A stretch of DNA of 64,000 nucleotides from Thainema sp. (GTDB taxonomy: Bacteria > Cyanobacteriota > Cyanobacteriia > Phormidesmidales > Phormidesmidaceae): the NCBI GenBank assembly GCA_052168235.1, contig JBQLZK010000039.1:1-64000 (forward strand), in the 5' to 3' direction. Position 1 is the stretch's first letter; every line of letters begins with the position of its first letter. The notes beneath the pieces were generated by a model, which saw only the letters and a program-made list of their open reading frames with translations, had not been told where the DNA came from and made no database searches. The position numbers and the translations under genes were made by a program. This document shows, in pieces, positions 51,565 through 61,737 of the stretch.

Positions 51565-52668
51565 ATGATGTTTTTCTTTAGCGCCATTTCCATACTTGCC
51601 CAGCTGCCTCGCGACACCGCTGACATTATTGAAGGCGGTCAGGTCGCATCGGCAGCCGTGGCCGAGAGCTGGAATCAGCTATGGGAGAGCGTCTTACAGG
51701 GCGGGCTGTATTTTGCCCTAGCCCGAGTTGGCGTCCTATTTGCCGTAGCGACACTGCTGCTGTTTTTGACCCAGTGGACGCGGCAGATGATGGACGGCGA
51801 GAGCCCACGAGCCTACAGCGACTTCATCTGGCCGCTGCTGGTGATCATCTTGCTCTCGAATAACGGCAGTCGGCTGGCAGCCATCACGCTGGATCTGCGC
51901 ACCTATATCAACCAGGTAAATCAGGACGTTTTAGCCTACACGGCAGCCGATGTTGGACTGCAAGAAGCCTATCAAGCGGCTGTCTTGGAAGGCTCAGTTG
52001 AGCAAACCATTATCCAGCGACGCAACCAGTGCTACGAACTGCAGAATCCCGAAGAGCGAGCGAACTGCATTGAGCTGGCCGCCATTGAAGCCCGTGAGTT
52101 TATCGAAGACTATCGCGCTCGAACCGGCAATCCCAATGCCCTCTCGCGAGCCTGGGAAGCCGCACAAGCCGGGGAGAATCCCTTGGATGCTGGCCTGCGC
52201 TTTAGCGGTGCCGTCGTCGGCTCTGGGTTTCAAACCGTGACCCGAGGCATCTTGATGGCGCTGCATATTGCCTTTCAGTGGCTGATTGAAGCCTCCATGC
52301 TGCTGACCGCTACATTAGGGCCACTGGCAGTCGGTGGGTCGCTGCTGCCGGTGGGTGCGAAACCGCTGTTGGCCTGGCTGACGGGTTTCTTCTCGTTAGC
52401 GATTGCCAAGCTCAGCTTCAATATTCTCTCCGGGCTGGTCGCTCTAGCGGTACTGAATGCCGGAGATTCACATCCGCTGATTGCGCCGTTCTTTCTTGGC
52501 TTACTGGCTCCGATTCTCTCGCTGGCCCTGGCATCGGGTGGCGGCATGACCGTCTTCGGTGCGTTGACCAGTGCGGCTGGCGTGATTGCGGGCACCGGAG
52601 CCATGGGCGGTGTCGCTCGTGCACCTGGTTACGCAATGCGTCGCCGCGCCTATCGCCTGCGTCGCTGA
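51565..52668 (+). CDS. VirB6/TrbL-like polytopic membrane protein
   Basis: Several TM segments, Gly/Ala-rich C terminus, operon position. Confidence 0.72.
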   Translation: MMFFFSAISILAQLPRDTADIIEGGQVASAAVAESWNQLWESVLQGGLYFALARVGVLFAVATLLLFLTQWTRQMMDGESPRAYSDFIWPLLVIILLSNNGSRLAAITLDLRTYINQVNQDVLAYTAADVGLQEAYQAAVLEGSVEQTIIQRRNQCYELQNPEERANCIELAAIEAREFIEDYRARTGNPNALSRAWEAAQAGENPLDAGLRFSGAVVGSGFQTVTRGILMALHIAFQWLIEASMLLTATLGPLAVGGSLLPVGAKPLLAWLTGFFSLAIAKLSFNILSGLVALAVLNAGDSHPLIAPFFLGLLAPILSLALASGGGMTVFGALTSAAGVIAGTGAMGGVARAPGYAMRRRAYRLRR

Positions 52669-52689
52669 TCGACAGAGGAGGACATTTCG

Positions 52690-53427
52690 ATGGTGCAGTT
52701 AATTGAAAAGCGCAATACCCACTACCTGCCTCTGTTTGTCCTAGGCAGTGTTGGTCTGCAGCTAATCATGCTGGTGATGCTGTTCCGACAGGCCGGTGCG
52801 CTCAGTCGTCTCAGCCGCCAAGCCGCTCCCACACTCGTGCAGCTGCAGGATGGACAGGCAATTCGAGTGGGAGCGATGGCCGCTCAGGAGCGTGCCCCAG
52901 AAACGATTCGACGGTTTGTTAATGACACGCTGGTGCTGATGTTCAACTGGAGCGGCAGCTTACCGGCCACCACGGCTGAGCAGGCCCAGCAGCCCCAGCC
53001 GGATCCAGGACTGCCGGTTGAGGTCGAACGCGGTCAGCGCCAGGTCGCAACCGCCAGCTGGCAGGCCAGCTTTGCCTTCTCGGAAGACTTTCGCCCCGCG
53101 TTTCTCAAGCGAGTGGCGGAACTGACGCCGCCCGGTGTCTTCAGCGGCACCACGCAGGTGGTGATGGTGGTTAACCATGTGTCAGATCCCGTTGCTGTTG
53201 GAGAGGGACGCTGGCGCGTCACGGTTGTGGCGCATCTCTATGTCTTCGATGACACCAATGCGCTGGGTGAGGCTATTTCCTTTAATCGAGAAGTGTTTGT
53301 TGAAGCCGTCACCGCTCCAGCTATCCCGGAGGGCGATACGTCGCTGGAGCAGGCTATTTATCAGATTCGCCAAGCCGGACTACAAATCTATGCCATTCGA
53401 GAACTAGAACGGGAGGATTTGAAATGA
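52690..53427 (+). CDS. VirB8-like T4SS protein
   Basis: Single N-terminal TM followed by an alpha/beta periplasmic domain; GAGGAGG SD; operon position. Confidence 0.6.
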   Translation: MVQLIEKRNTHYLPLFVLGSVGLQLIMLVMLFRQAGALSRLSRQAAPTLVQLQDGQAIRVGAMAAQERAPETIRRFVNDTLVLMFNWSGSLPATTAEQAQQPQPDPGLPVEVERGQRQVATASWQASFAFSEDFRPAFLKRVAELTPPGVFSGTTQVVMVVNHVSDPVAVGEGRWRVTVVAHLYVFDDTNALGEAISFNREVFVEAVTAPAIPEGDTSLEQAIYQIRQAGLQIYAIRELEREDLK

Positions 53428-54911
53428 GTACACCTGACCCGCTCTGGGATGAGCCAGATATGGCGGACTTAGTCGGTCTGCAGCTGCCGGATGCGGCAGA
53501 TACAGATACCGAGGATGCGGCTCATCCGGTTAGTCCGACCGATTCATTACCTGCATCTGGGCCACTTCTAGATCCAGAGGATTTAGACGAGCAGGCGGTT
53601 GCAGGTCGGCATCGTTTATCGCTAGCCACTAATCCGTTTACCAAGCTGGGCATCGTCGCCGCTGGTACGGGGCTCGTGATTGGCGTGCTAGGAGTCTTCA
53701 CCCATAACGTTATGCAGAACAATCCCTCTCAGACCGCTCAAGAGGTAGACGCAGAGCGTGCCGAGCCTAGGGTTGAGGCTGAAGACTCCCTGACTCCGGA
53801 TGACCGGGGGCAACTGCTAACGGACTTGGCCCTGGGACAGCAGCAGGCAGAACTCAAAGCACTGGCTGAGGATCACCCTACCGTGCCAGCGACGGCTCCC
53901 CCCACGGAGAATCCGCCAGCCGGTGAAGCACCGACACAGCCTGTTTCCCCATCCCCTCAGCCTCAACCTGTCGTGTCGCGCTCGGTGCCTACTCCTGCAC
54001 CGCCTCGTCCGACTCTGACACCGATTGTCCCACCCATGGTTCAATCCAATCTTCCTCAACCTCAACCCGAACCGGATCCAATAGAGCAGCAGGAGCAGTG
54101 GCTGGCTCTATCCCAGGTGGGTAGCTATGGTCAAGGTGTTCCCCCTCGTTCCACTCAACCCAGTGATTCCGTTCCAGTGGCTCAATCGACTGAGTGGGAA
54201 CAGGCGGCCACACCACCTAGCCATCCTGCAATTAACGCTGCCGAAGAAGCCGCTATCTTGCAGGGCCAGCCCCTGCCGTCGTCATCTAGAACTCTAACCA
54301 CGGGTACTCAAGCCACCGCTGAGTTGACGACACCCTTGATCTGGACTGCCGCCATGGCAACGGAACGGCCTCAGGTGGTGGTGGAACTGACCGAGCCCCT
54401 GCTGACGGCGGAAGAGACAATTGTCCTGCCCGCTGACACACCGCTGGTAGTTCAGGTTGACGCCGTTGAGGAGAGTGGTTTTGTTCAGCTGCAGGTGGTG
54501 TCGTTCATCCAAGACGGCCAGGAGATGGCGCTACCAGCCGCAGCGATGCAGCTGCGCGGCCCAGACGGCACCCCACTTGTTGCTCAGCCGTATAGCGAGT
54601 CCAGCCCGGATCTGGTTGAGACCCTGCTCAGCCGGGCTGCCATCTCTGGCCTTGCCCGAGCCGCTGAGCTGATCAACCGACCGCAGTCCTCCACCGTGAT
54701 TTATGCAGCCGGAAGCCGCACGATTAGCCAAGAAAGTGGAGACCCCAATCTGTGGGCTGGTGTCCTAGAAGGCGCATTAGATCCGCTGATGGAGCAGTTG
54801 GCCGCCCAGAGCGATCCAAGGCCAGAGAACCCATTGGATCGCTTCCCGATTTGGTATCTGCCTGCCGGGACAGACGTGGACGTTTATATCCAGCAAACGG
54901 TGACGCTATGA
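53424..54911 (+). CDS. TrbI/VirB10-like protein
   Basis: TM, Pro-rich stalk, C-terminal beta domain ending WYLPAGTDVDVYI. Confidence 0.75.
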   Translation: MSTPDPLWDEPDMADLVGLQLPDAADTDTEDAAHPVSPTDSLPASGPLLDPEDLDEQAVAGRHRLSLATNPFTKLGIVAAGTGLVIGVLGVFTHNVMQNNPSQTAQEVDAERAEPRVEAEDSLTPDDRGQLLTDLALGQQQAELKALAEDHPTVPATAPPTENPPAGEAPTQPVSPSPQPQPVVSRSVPTPAPPRPTLTPIVPPMVQSNLPQPQPEPDPIEQQEQWLALSQVGSYGQGVPPRSTQPSDSVPVAQSTEWEQAATPPSHPAINAAEEAAILQGQPLPSSSRTLTTGTQATAELTTPLIWTAAMATERPQVVVELTEPLLTAEETIVLPADTPLVVQVDAVEESGFVQLQVVSFIQDGQEMALPAAAMQLRGPDGTPLVAQPYSESSPDLVETLLSRAAISGLARAAELINRPQSSTVIYAAGSRTISQESGDPNLWAGVLEGALDPLMEQLAAQSDPRPENPLDRFPIWYLPAGTDVDVYIQQTVTL

Positions 54912-55636
54912 ACAAACGATGGCTCATTGTCAGTTGGATTGGAGCGCTTGCCACCCTGAGCATAATGGTTCCAGCGGTTCAGGCGCAGTCCGTCCTTTCA
55001 ATCTCCGCCGACTCGGCTCAGGGGAGAGTGGGCAGCCGTTCTCCCGTGATTCACCTCTGGCCCGGCTATGGCACCAACCTTAGCTTTTTGCCCACCCAGG
55101 AACACATTGTCCAGGTGTGGATTGACGATCCGTCGCGGGTGGCACTGGCGTTTGATCAACCGCTGTGTCCAGCTAGTACCGAGTCGGACTGCGTCGCGGG
55201 TCGGCCATCGGTAATTCACCTCAGACGCATCCAGGGGCCAGCATGGGCGTACCTGCCGCGTGCTAGCGGTACGCTGCTGACGGTGATGACCGAAACGGCT
55301 GGGGGCGAACGGCATCTGTACACCTTTCAAATCGAATTCGATAGTGGTGAACCGGCCTATCACACGGTTGCCCTTCAGCCTGCATCACCGATTGATCCAA
55401 TCCTGGGGCCAAGTGATGTGCGTCGGGGTCTTCAGATCGCTGAATCTTGGCAGATGATTCGTCCGGGACAAGACCTGTGGCAGCGGCTGCATCGGTTTCT
55501 GACTCTCACCCGCAACGGGATACCCGTTCCAACTGCGGCTCAGCAGGCGGGTGTATCCGTTGCGGTGATTACTCGTCTCGCGGACTGGGGCGCTCAGGCC
55601 CGTGATGATTCACCGCCAAGTTCACCGGCTCGTTAG
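54908..55636 (+). CDS. VirB9-like T4SS protein
   Basis: ATG at 54908 overlaps the upstream stop (ATGA); signal peptide VPAVQA|Q; IHLWPGYGTNLSF...VWIDDPSR. Confidence 0.62.
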   Translation: MNKRWLIVSWIGALATLSIMVPAVQAQSVLSISADSAQGRVGSRSPVIHLWPGYGTNLSFLPTQEHIVQVWIDDPSRVALAFDQPLCPASTESDCVAGRPSVIHLRRIQGPAWAYLPRASGTLLTVMTETAGGERHLYTFQIEFDSGEPAYHTVALQPASPIDPILGPSDVRRGLQIAESWQMIRPGQDLWQRLHRFLTLTRNGIPVPTAAQQAGVSVAVITRLADWGAQARDDSPPSSPAR

Positions 55637-55659
55637 TTCTTCACTCGGGTAACCCCATC

Positions 55660-57375
55660 ATGATGGATGATCGCTCTCGATTCAGACGCCGATGGCTGCC
55701 AATCCTCAGCCTATTAGTGCTTACGTTCGTAATGACGGTGCACAGCTGGAACAGTTTACCGGCTCGCTCCAGTCCTCAACCCGATTTGCCTATCCCTGTT
55801 ATTCAGGACGAGGACGTTGGCCTCCGACCCGACTGGACTCAGATCACGTTGCGGTCGCTGCCTGCGATTGCGACATCGGGTTCGTTTGACGCACCGACTG
55901 ATCTGATCCATCAGCTGGGCTACGATCCCTCTCGACGCTGGCAGGCCGGTCAGACGGCTGATCAATACCTGCGCCTGGGCGATTTCCAGGACAGCTTTCA
56001 GCTGCAGCAATTGACGCTCTCCGACATTGCAGCCTTAGTCGGCCTGGATGAGCAGACCCTCCGTCTAGCCGATTTAGCGCTGCTGCGCTGGCAAACCCTC
56101 TCCGATCTGGTGCAGGCTATTCCGACTCTGGCCGATTGGCCCGTTGCACAAGTGACTCCACTGGCTGATGTATTGAAGGGCACAATCAACCTTCAGGGCA
56201 CAATTGCCGAGGTGATTCAGGATTCAGTCTTGGCTGACCTGAGCCTGGCAGAACTGAATCTGGAGTCGTATGCGCTGAGTGCCATCCCCGGACTGATGGA
56301 GACCCCCCTGGACGCCTTTCGAGATTGGCAGCGCTCGGTGATCGGCGACATTCCGGGTTTGGCAGATGTGCCCGTCGCGGCCTTTCCTCATCCCATGGTT
56401 GAGCCGGGAATGGTCATGGGTCGAGTAGACGTAGTGTTTGGCGCAGCCGAAAGCGAGCGCACGACAACGATCAGCGGCAGTGATGTAGACGGATTTGCGG
56501 TTCCCTGTCAGACCCGCTGTGCCCATCTCGAACTGAGCCAGCCAGAGTGGATCAAGGGCCGCCAGTGGATTTCCGGCCAGTACCAGCAGGTCAACGGCGG
56601 TCGAGGCGTCTTAGCTTCGGTCAATGGAGGACGTGAACCAACCGGGCGACATCCCTTTGGCCCCGCGTTTAAGGTGGTGGTGCTAGAGACCGATGAAGCC
56701 ACCGGTACGGCAGAAACGGGACTGTACTTCCGTTTCTGCGTGCGCAATTCAGTGGTAGATCTAGGCTGTACCCCCTACTTCATTGGCCCCGTGCCCTGGC
56801 TGCCGGTGCAGGAAGAGGGTTGGGTGCTTCTCGGTTCCTTGCAATCGGAACTCACAGAACTAACAACGACTGAATCAGCTGCCGCCGCTGGGGCAGCCAA
56901 CACCATTGAGAGGCCGTCTGACCCCATCGGCAAAGCCTTCCATCATCCTGACAGCGCGACCCGTCACTTTCGCCATCCGGCCCCTGGGGTTCCCGTAATT
57001 CGCTCCTTTGGCTATCGCACCCATCCCATCCACGGCGATCGCCGTCTGCATTCAGGCATTGATCTCGACACTCCGGCTGACACTCTGATTCGAGCCGCAG
57101 CGGGCGGTCAGGTCACCTTTGCTGGGGTGAGTGGGTCGCTCACCACCGGCTACGGCAGGCTCGTCATCGTCGATCACGGCCAGGGGCTAGCAACCTACTA
57201 CGCCCACCTCCAAGATGTTTTAGTGCAAGCGGGAGACCTGATCGCTCCGGGCGATCCGCTGGGACATTCGGACAGCCGGGCGGATTCAACCGAGCCCCAC
57301 CTACATTTCGAGGTGCGCCAAAACGGTCAACCGCAAAATCCAATGAGCTATTTCAGGGGAGGACAAGGGTCATGA
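55660..57375 (+). CDS. T4SS-associated protein with C-terminal M23 peptidoglycan endopeptidase domain
   Basis: HSGIDL (HxxxD), YYAHL, EPHLHFEVR (HxH), PQNP. Confidence 0.85.
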   Translation: MMDDRSRFRRRWLPILSLLVLTFVMTVHSWNSLPARSSPQPDLPIPVIQDEDVGLRPDWTQITLRSLPAIATSGSFDAPTDLIHQLGYDPSRRWQAGQTADQYLRLGDFQDSFQLQQLTLSDIAALVGLDEQTLRLADLALLRWQTLSDLVQAIPTLADWPVAQVTPLADVLKGTINLQGTIAEVIQDSVLADLSLAELNLESYALSAIPGLMETPLDAFRDWQRSVIGDIPGLADVPVAAFPHPMVEPGMVMGRVDVVFGAAESERTTTISGSDVDGFAVPCQTRCAHLELSQPEWIKGRQWISGQYQQVNGGRGVLASVNGGREPTGRHPFGPAFKVVVLETDEATGTAETGLYFRFCVRNSVVDLGCTPYFIGPVPWLPVQEEGWVLLGSLQSELTELTTTESAAAAGAANTIERPSDPIGKAFHHPDSATRHFRHPAPGVPVIRSFGYRTHPIHGDRRLHSGIDLDTPADTLIRAAAGGQVTFAGVSGSLTTGYGRLVIVDHGQGLATYYAHLQDVLVQAGDLIAPGDPLGHSDSRADSTEPHLHFEVRQNGQPQNPMSYFRGGQGS

Positions 57376-57890
57376 CCATTAAACGATATCTTCGACTTGC
57401 CGTACTGGCGCTTTCGATGGTGCTAATCAGCGTGATGGCGGTGGTGAACTGGAACCTGGCGCGGGCCGCTGACCCCATTCCCAATGCGGTCTATGCCTGT
57501 CTGCCGCCTGCGACGCCAAGCGCAACTCTATGGGGCGTCACCGAGACTGACCCTGATCGCTATTACCTAATCGGCGTGGGCGATGCCGACCGCTATCAGG
57601 AGCAGCTGATTTATCTAGATGCCCAAGCCACCTGTCGTTCGCTGCTTCCCGACGATGATCGGGTGCTCAGCCATTTCCTGCCTCTCCATCTGGCCCGCGA
57701 GTTAGCTCTACAGCGATTTACCCGTGTCTTAGATGAGCAGGGCGGACGTGATGCCTATCAGCGGCAGTTGACGGCCTATCTCACGGCAGCTCCCGATGGC
57801 ATTAACAGTGAATTTCCGCCGGAATACATCTGGGCACTCGAACAGCTGGGCCTTAAGCTACCGGTCGATCACTATGAGGTGCTGCCATGA
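57372..57890 (+). CDS. Exported hypothetical protein of the transfer operon
   Basis: Signal peptide (LARA|A), ATGA coupling at both ends. Confidence 0.7.
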   Translation: MTIKRYLRLAVLALSMVLISVMAVVNWNLARAADPIPNAVYACLPPATPSATLWGVTETDPDRYYLIGVGDADRYQEQLIYLDAQATCRSLLPDDDRVLSHFLPLHLARELALQRFTRVLDEQGGRDAYQRQLTAYLTAAPDGINSEFPPEYIWALEQLGLKLPVDHYEVLP

Positions 57891-59620
57891 CCGATCTCAA
57901 TACGACACAGCCAGCTGCAATCGAACAACCCGGTGTGGCGTCTAGTGGATCTCTAGCCCAGCTGGCCCATTCCCTCTACTCTCGCAACGGTCTGATTCTG
58001 CTGGGATGTGTGGCTCTAATTGCAATTAGCTCACGGCTGGGCCATCGCCGATCTGGAAAGCTGGCGACCAGCCGATTTGGCAGTCGCACAGAGAAAGCAG
58101 CGGCTCGTAAGCGAGCGGTTCATCAAATGGCCGCCCGCCAGCATAATGCGGTTGCACTCTACATTGGCCAGCTAACTCGACCCAGTGCGCCTCAGTCGAT
58201 TTATCTGCCAGACCTGCAGCGGGGAGTGGCCGTCTGTGGCGGGCCAGGCTCCGGTAAGACCTTTAGCGTTATCGATCCGTTAATCCGCTCCGCCTTAGAT
58301 CAGGGGCTACCGATTGTGCTCTATGACTTCAAGTACCCGACGCAGAGCGCTCGTCATGCCGCCTATGCCGCCCAGCGCGGCTATGAGGTGCGGGTCTTTG
58401 CGCCGGGCTTTCCAGAGTCGGAGGTCTGTAACCCCATTGATTTCCTGCGCAGCGAATCTGATGCCGAGATGGCCCGTCAGATTGCGACGGTGCTGAACAA
58501 AAACTTTCGCCTGATGACCCAGAGCAGCGAAGACGGCTTCTTTGCAGCAGCGGGCGATCAGCTGACGGAAGCCCTGCTGATGTTGGCTAAATCAACTCCC
58601 TACCCGGATATCATGACCGCTCAGGCGGTGCTGGGCCTAACCAATCTGGGCAATCGGATTGCAGCGGCTCAGATGCTCAACAGCTGGATTCGCGTGTCCT
58701 TCAATCAGCTGATTGGCGTCAAAGATGCCGAAAAAACGGCCAGCGGCATTGTCGGGAGCGCCAGCGAAACGTTTACCCGCTTCATGAAAGAAGGCGTCCT
58801 GGGAGCCTTCTGTGGTCAAACCTCACTGCCTTTGGATCTCCAGGGTAAGCAGCTGCTGATTCTGGGATTAGATCGGGAGCGGCGGGATGTGGTGGGGCCA
58901 TTAGTGGCCACAATTTTGCACATGCTGGTGACGCGCAATGTTGCCCAGCGACGCCGCGAACCGCTGATCGTCGCCATTGATGAATTGCCGACTCTCTATC
59001 TGCCGACGCTGGTACAGTGGCTGAATGAAAATCGCGAGGATGGACTCTCGGTCATCCTCGGCTTTCAAAATCTGGTACAGCTCGAAAAAACCTATGGCCG
59101 CGAACTGGCTCGCGCCATCCTGGGAGCCTGTGCCACCAAAGCCATCTTCAATCCCCAAGAGTATGAAGCGGCTCGCATGTTCTCTGACTTTCTCGGGGAT
59201 CAAGAGATTCGCTACACCCAAACCTCTCGCAATCGCGGTGGTGGCAAGACCAGCACGACGCGGTCTGAGCAGGAGCGGACGCGCAAGCTGTTTGAACCGA
59301 GCCAGTTTCTGCGCCTGCCGCCCGGCAAATGCATCCTGATTAATCCCGGATTTGCTTCCCGAGGGGAAGCGGCTATTCCCATCCAGCAGGCGATCCGGAT
59401 TCCGAAGGCAGACGTGCAGGCAATTGCCGCCAGTGAAGCCCTCTGGAGCAAGATTCAGGCCCGCTTGGTTCAGCGCAGTCCCCAACGGCTGGCCACCGCT
59501 GCGGATTTAGAGCAGCGCCGACAGCTGGTTGAAGCGATGCTGCCAGAACCCGCTGCCCCCGTTACATCGGCCTACCCAGATCCGGCGGGCCTGATCGATA
59601 AGTACAGCAGTTTGCTATAG
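57887..59620 (+). CDS. virD4: Type IV coupling protein (VirD4/TraD-like)
   Basis: N-terminal TM, Walker A GGPGSGKT, YDFKYP, Walker B VAIDELP, LGFQNLVQLEKTYG. Confidence 0.9.
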   Translation: MTDLNTTQPAAIEQPGVASSGSLAQLAHSLYSRNGLILLGCVALIAISSRLGHRRSGKLATSRFGSRTEKAAARKRAVHQMAARQHNAVALYIGQLTRPSAPQSIYLPDLQRGVAVCGGPGSGKTFSVIDPLIRSALDQGLPIVLYDFKYPTQSARHAAYAAQRGYEVRVFAPGFPESEVCNPIDFLRSESDAEMARQIATVLNKNFRLMTQSSEDGFFAAAGDQLTEALLMLAKSTPYPDIMTAQAVLGLTNLGNRIAAAQMLNSWIRVSFNQLIGVKDAEKTASGIVGSASETFTRFMKEGVLGAFCGQTSLPLDLQGKQLLILGLDRERRDVVGPLVATILHMLVTRNVAQRRREPLIVAIDELPTLYLPTLVQWLNENREDGLSVILGFQNLVQLEKTYGRELARAILGACATKAIFNPQEYEAARMFSDFLGDQEIRYTQTSRNRGGGKTSTTRSEQERTRKLFEPSQFLRLPPGKCILINPGFASRGEAAIPIQQAIRIPKADVQAIAASEALWSKIQARLVQRSPQRLATAADLEQRRQLVEAMLPEPAAPVTSAYPDPAGLIDKYSSLL

Positions 59621-59630
59621 GAGGAACTGA

Positions 59631-60083
59631 ATGACCCGAGAGATGCAAACGCCGCATCAGATGCTGGCTCAAACGCTCAGCGAACGACTGCCCGCCGAGA
59701 CGGTCACCGCTCTGATGGCTTATCCCGAAGTTGCCGCCGAGCTGGTGTCCCTATTAGAGGCTCCGCCCTTGGCGGCTGACTACGTGCCGCGTCAGATTGA
59801 GGTGCTCTTTGATGATGTCACCGTTCTGCAGTGGCAGGATGGCCAGCTCCAGTCTCACTGTCCCGATGTGGCGGCTGACTATCAGCCCGAGCGGATGGAG
59901 TGGCTCTTAGATGGTGAGACCGCCTATTTCTCAATTCAAGGGCTGGAGGTAATTAATCGTCTCACAACTCTACCAATACTTGCTCTGCACATTCTAGAAC
60001 CCTTCCAGGAGGACTTATGCAAGCCCCAGTCAATCCCGGTGAAGCCAAACAAATTGAACAGGACTATGCCCACACCACGCTAG
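59631..60083 (+). CDS. Hypothetical protein
   Basis: GGAGGA SD directly after the virD4 stop; internal duplication AADYVP/AADYQP. Confidence 0.7.
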   Translation: MTREMQTPHQMLAQTLSERLPAETVTALMAYPEVAAELVSLLEAPPLAADYVPRQIEVLFDDVTVLQWQDGQLQSHCPDVAADYQPERMEWLLDGETAYFSIQGLEVINRLTTLPILALHILEPFQEDLCKPQSIPVKPNKLNRTMPTPR

Positions 60084-61735
60084 CCGCAAGCGAAATAGCC
60101 ATGACGACGACTCAATCCACGGCGGATGCGGTTCATGCCTTTATTCAGACCCTGCGCGAGCGTCTTCAGGCGGCTCGGCCAGCGGAGAGCGATCAGGCAG
60201 CAGAGACGAGCGTCTCCACCCCTGAGGATTGGGTTGACGCCCCGACTCAGTTGCCGGAGCCGATCGAGATCAAGATGGGGCGGGAGATTGTCTACCGAGA
60301 CGGCTATGCCCACAAAGACCCGATCAATAAGCTCAATCCCAACACGCTGAAGCTGCTGCAGGCGGCAATTGATGCCTCGCCGTCTGAGGATGCGACGGCT
60401 ACTACTGAGATGAAAGGCACAATCAATATCAAGGCTGGAGATGATCTGGTATACCGGATGAGTCAAGGTACGGTTGAAACCAATCGGCTGCAGTCCAATC
60501 CGGTCGATTCGTCTGAGCCGGATCCGATAGAAACGACTCTACCCGCACCCGATGAACCGACTGTGCCGCTGGTTCAGGCAGAAGACGCGGTGCCGGTGGC
60601 TCAAGCTCCAGATCGTGACCCTCCACCCCCGTCAGTCGAACCCACTCCCTCTCCTGCGGTTGTTCAGGCAGAACCGACGATAGCTGTAGCGGATACAGCA
60701 CTAGCTTCTTCGGCTGACCCTACGCATTCCCCTCCGGTGGTTCAGACGGAATCAATGAGCCAACCTCAACAAGCAGTTGTAGAGGACACAGCGCCAGTTT
60801 CTTCCTCTGAGCCCGCTCATTCTCCTTCAGTGGTTCAATCCGCAGCGACAGTTCAACCTCAACAATCAACGGCAGCTCAGCCTCTGGCGCTGAGTTCCCC
60901 CAAGCTGGTCTCCATCCTGAACGTCCTGGAGCGTCAAAATCAGCAGGTCAAGCATCAGGCCGCTCGTAACTGGATGCAGCAGACGACCCGCATCATGCAG
61001 CGCTCCTCTCAGCAGGTTGCCGATCGGGTGGTGGCCATTGCCGCTCATATTCGCAGTCGCCAGGTGGCGGCAACAGCGGTGGATTTACTGCGCAAGTATG
61101 GTACATCCGAACGACCCGGTCGCGGCCTCTATCAGTCTGAGTCCTATACCCTGCGGGCCAGAGGTCGAATGATGACGATTGCAGATCGGGAAGGAACCGA
61201 ACTGATGATTGTACGCCAGACGCGCTGGGGACTCGATATCCTCAAAAACGATATGGGGGCTTCTCAAGAAGCTGAGTTTATGCGAGCCCGGCAGCAGATT
61301 CAGATTCAGGGCATTGATGGCCTTTCCTCAGAGCCGCCCCTGCGGGTGCGCCAGCTGGGTAATCTCGCCCCTGAGGGCGATCACGGCATTACCCGAGATT
61401 TGACAGCCTTGGCCCTAGCCCAAACGGCTCGCAAACTGCTGGATGTCACTGGCAGTCGGCCTAACATCCAGGGCAAGCGGGTCTTTCAGGGCGGCAGTCA
61501 GTATCGAATTGAGGAAACCCCCCATAGCCTCAAGGTGCAGACAACGGATCGGGGGGCCATTCTCAGTATTGACAATGGCAAAATTCACTCAGAGCTGAAG
61601 TCGCGCGATGTGGCCTACTTCCGATTTATTGATCGGGAGCTGAGTCGGGATCTGCAGGCGTCTGTCTCAACGAGCGTGACGCCGCTGAATCGGACGGCCC
61701 GATCTCGTCGAGCTGGGCTGGCTATGGGCGAGTAG
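60017..61735 (+). CDS. Hypothetical protein with Pro/Ser-rich repeated linker and Arg-rich C terminus
   Basis: AGGAGG SD at 60007-60012; repeats SVEPTPSPAVVQ / SADPTHSPPVVQ / SSEPAHSPSVVQ. Confidence 0.75.
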   Translation: MQAPVNPGEAKQIEQDYAHTTLAASEIAMTTTQSTADAVHAFIQTLRERLQAARPAESDQAAETSVSTPEDWVDAPTQLPEPIEIKMGREIVYRDGYAHKDPINKLNPNTLKLLQAAIDASPSEDATATTEMKGTINIKAGDDLVYRMSQGTVETNRLQSNPVDSSEPDPIETTLPAPDEPTVPLVQAEDAVPVAQAPDRDPPPPSVEPTPSPAVVQAEPTIAVADTALASSADPTHSPPVVQTESMSQPQQAVVEDTAPVSSSEPAHSPSVVQSAATVQPQQSTAAQPLALSSPKLVSILNVLERQNQQVKHQAARNWMQQTTRIMQRSSQQVADRVVAIAAHIRSRQVAATAVDLLRKYGTSERPGRGLYQSESYTLRARGRMMTIADREGTELMIVRQTRWGLDILKNDMGASQEAEFMRARQQIQIQGIDGLSSEPPLRVRQLGNLAPEGDHGITRDLTALALAQTARKLLDVTGSRPNIQGKRVFQGGSQYRIEETPHSLKVQTTDRGAILSIDNGKIHSELKSRDVAYFRFIDRELSRDLQASVSTSVTPLNRTARSRRAGLAMGE

Positions 61736-61737
61736 GG

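Noticed and set aside
54752..54907. N-terminal extension of ORF 54752..55636
   Set aside because: Overlaps the VirB10-like gene; ATG 54908 gives a signal peptide and ATGA coupling
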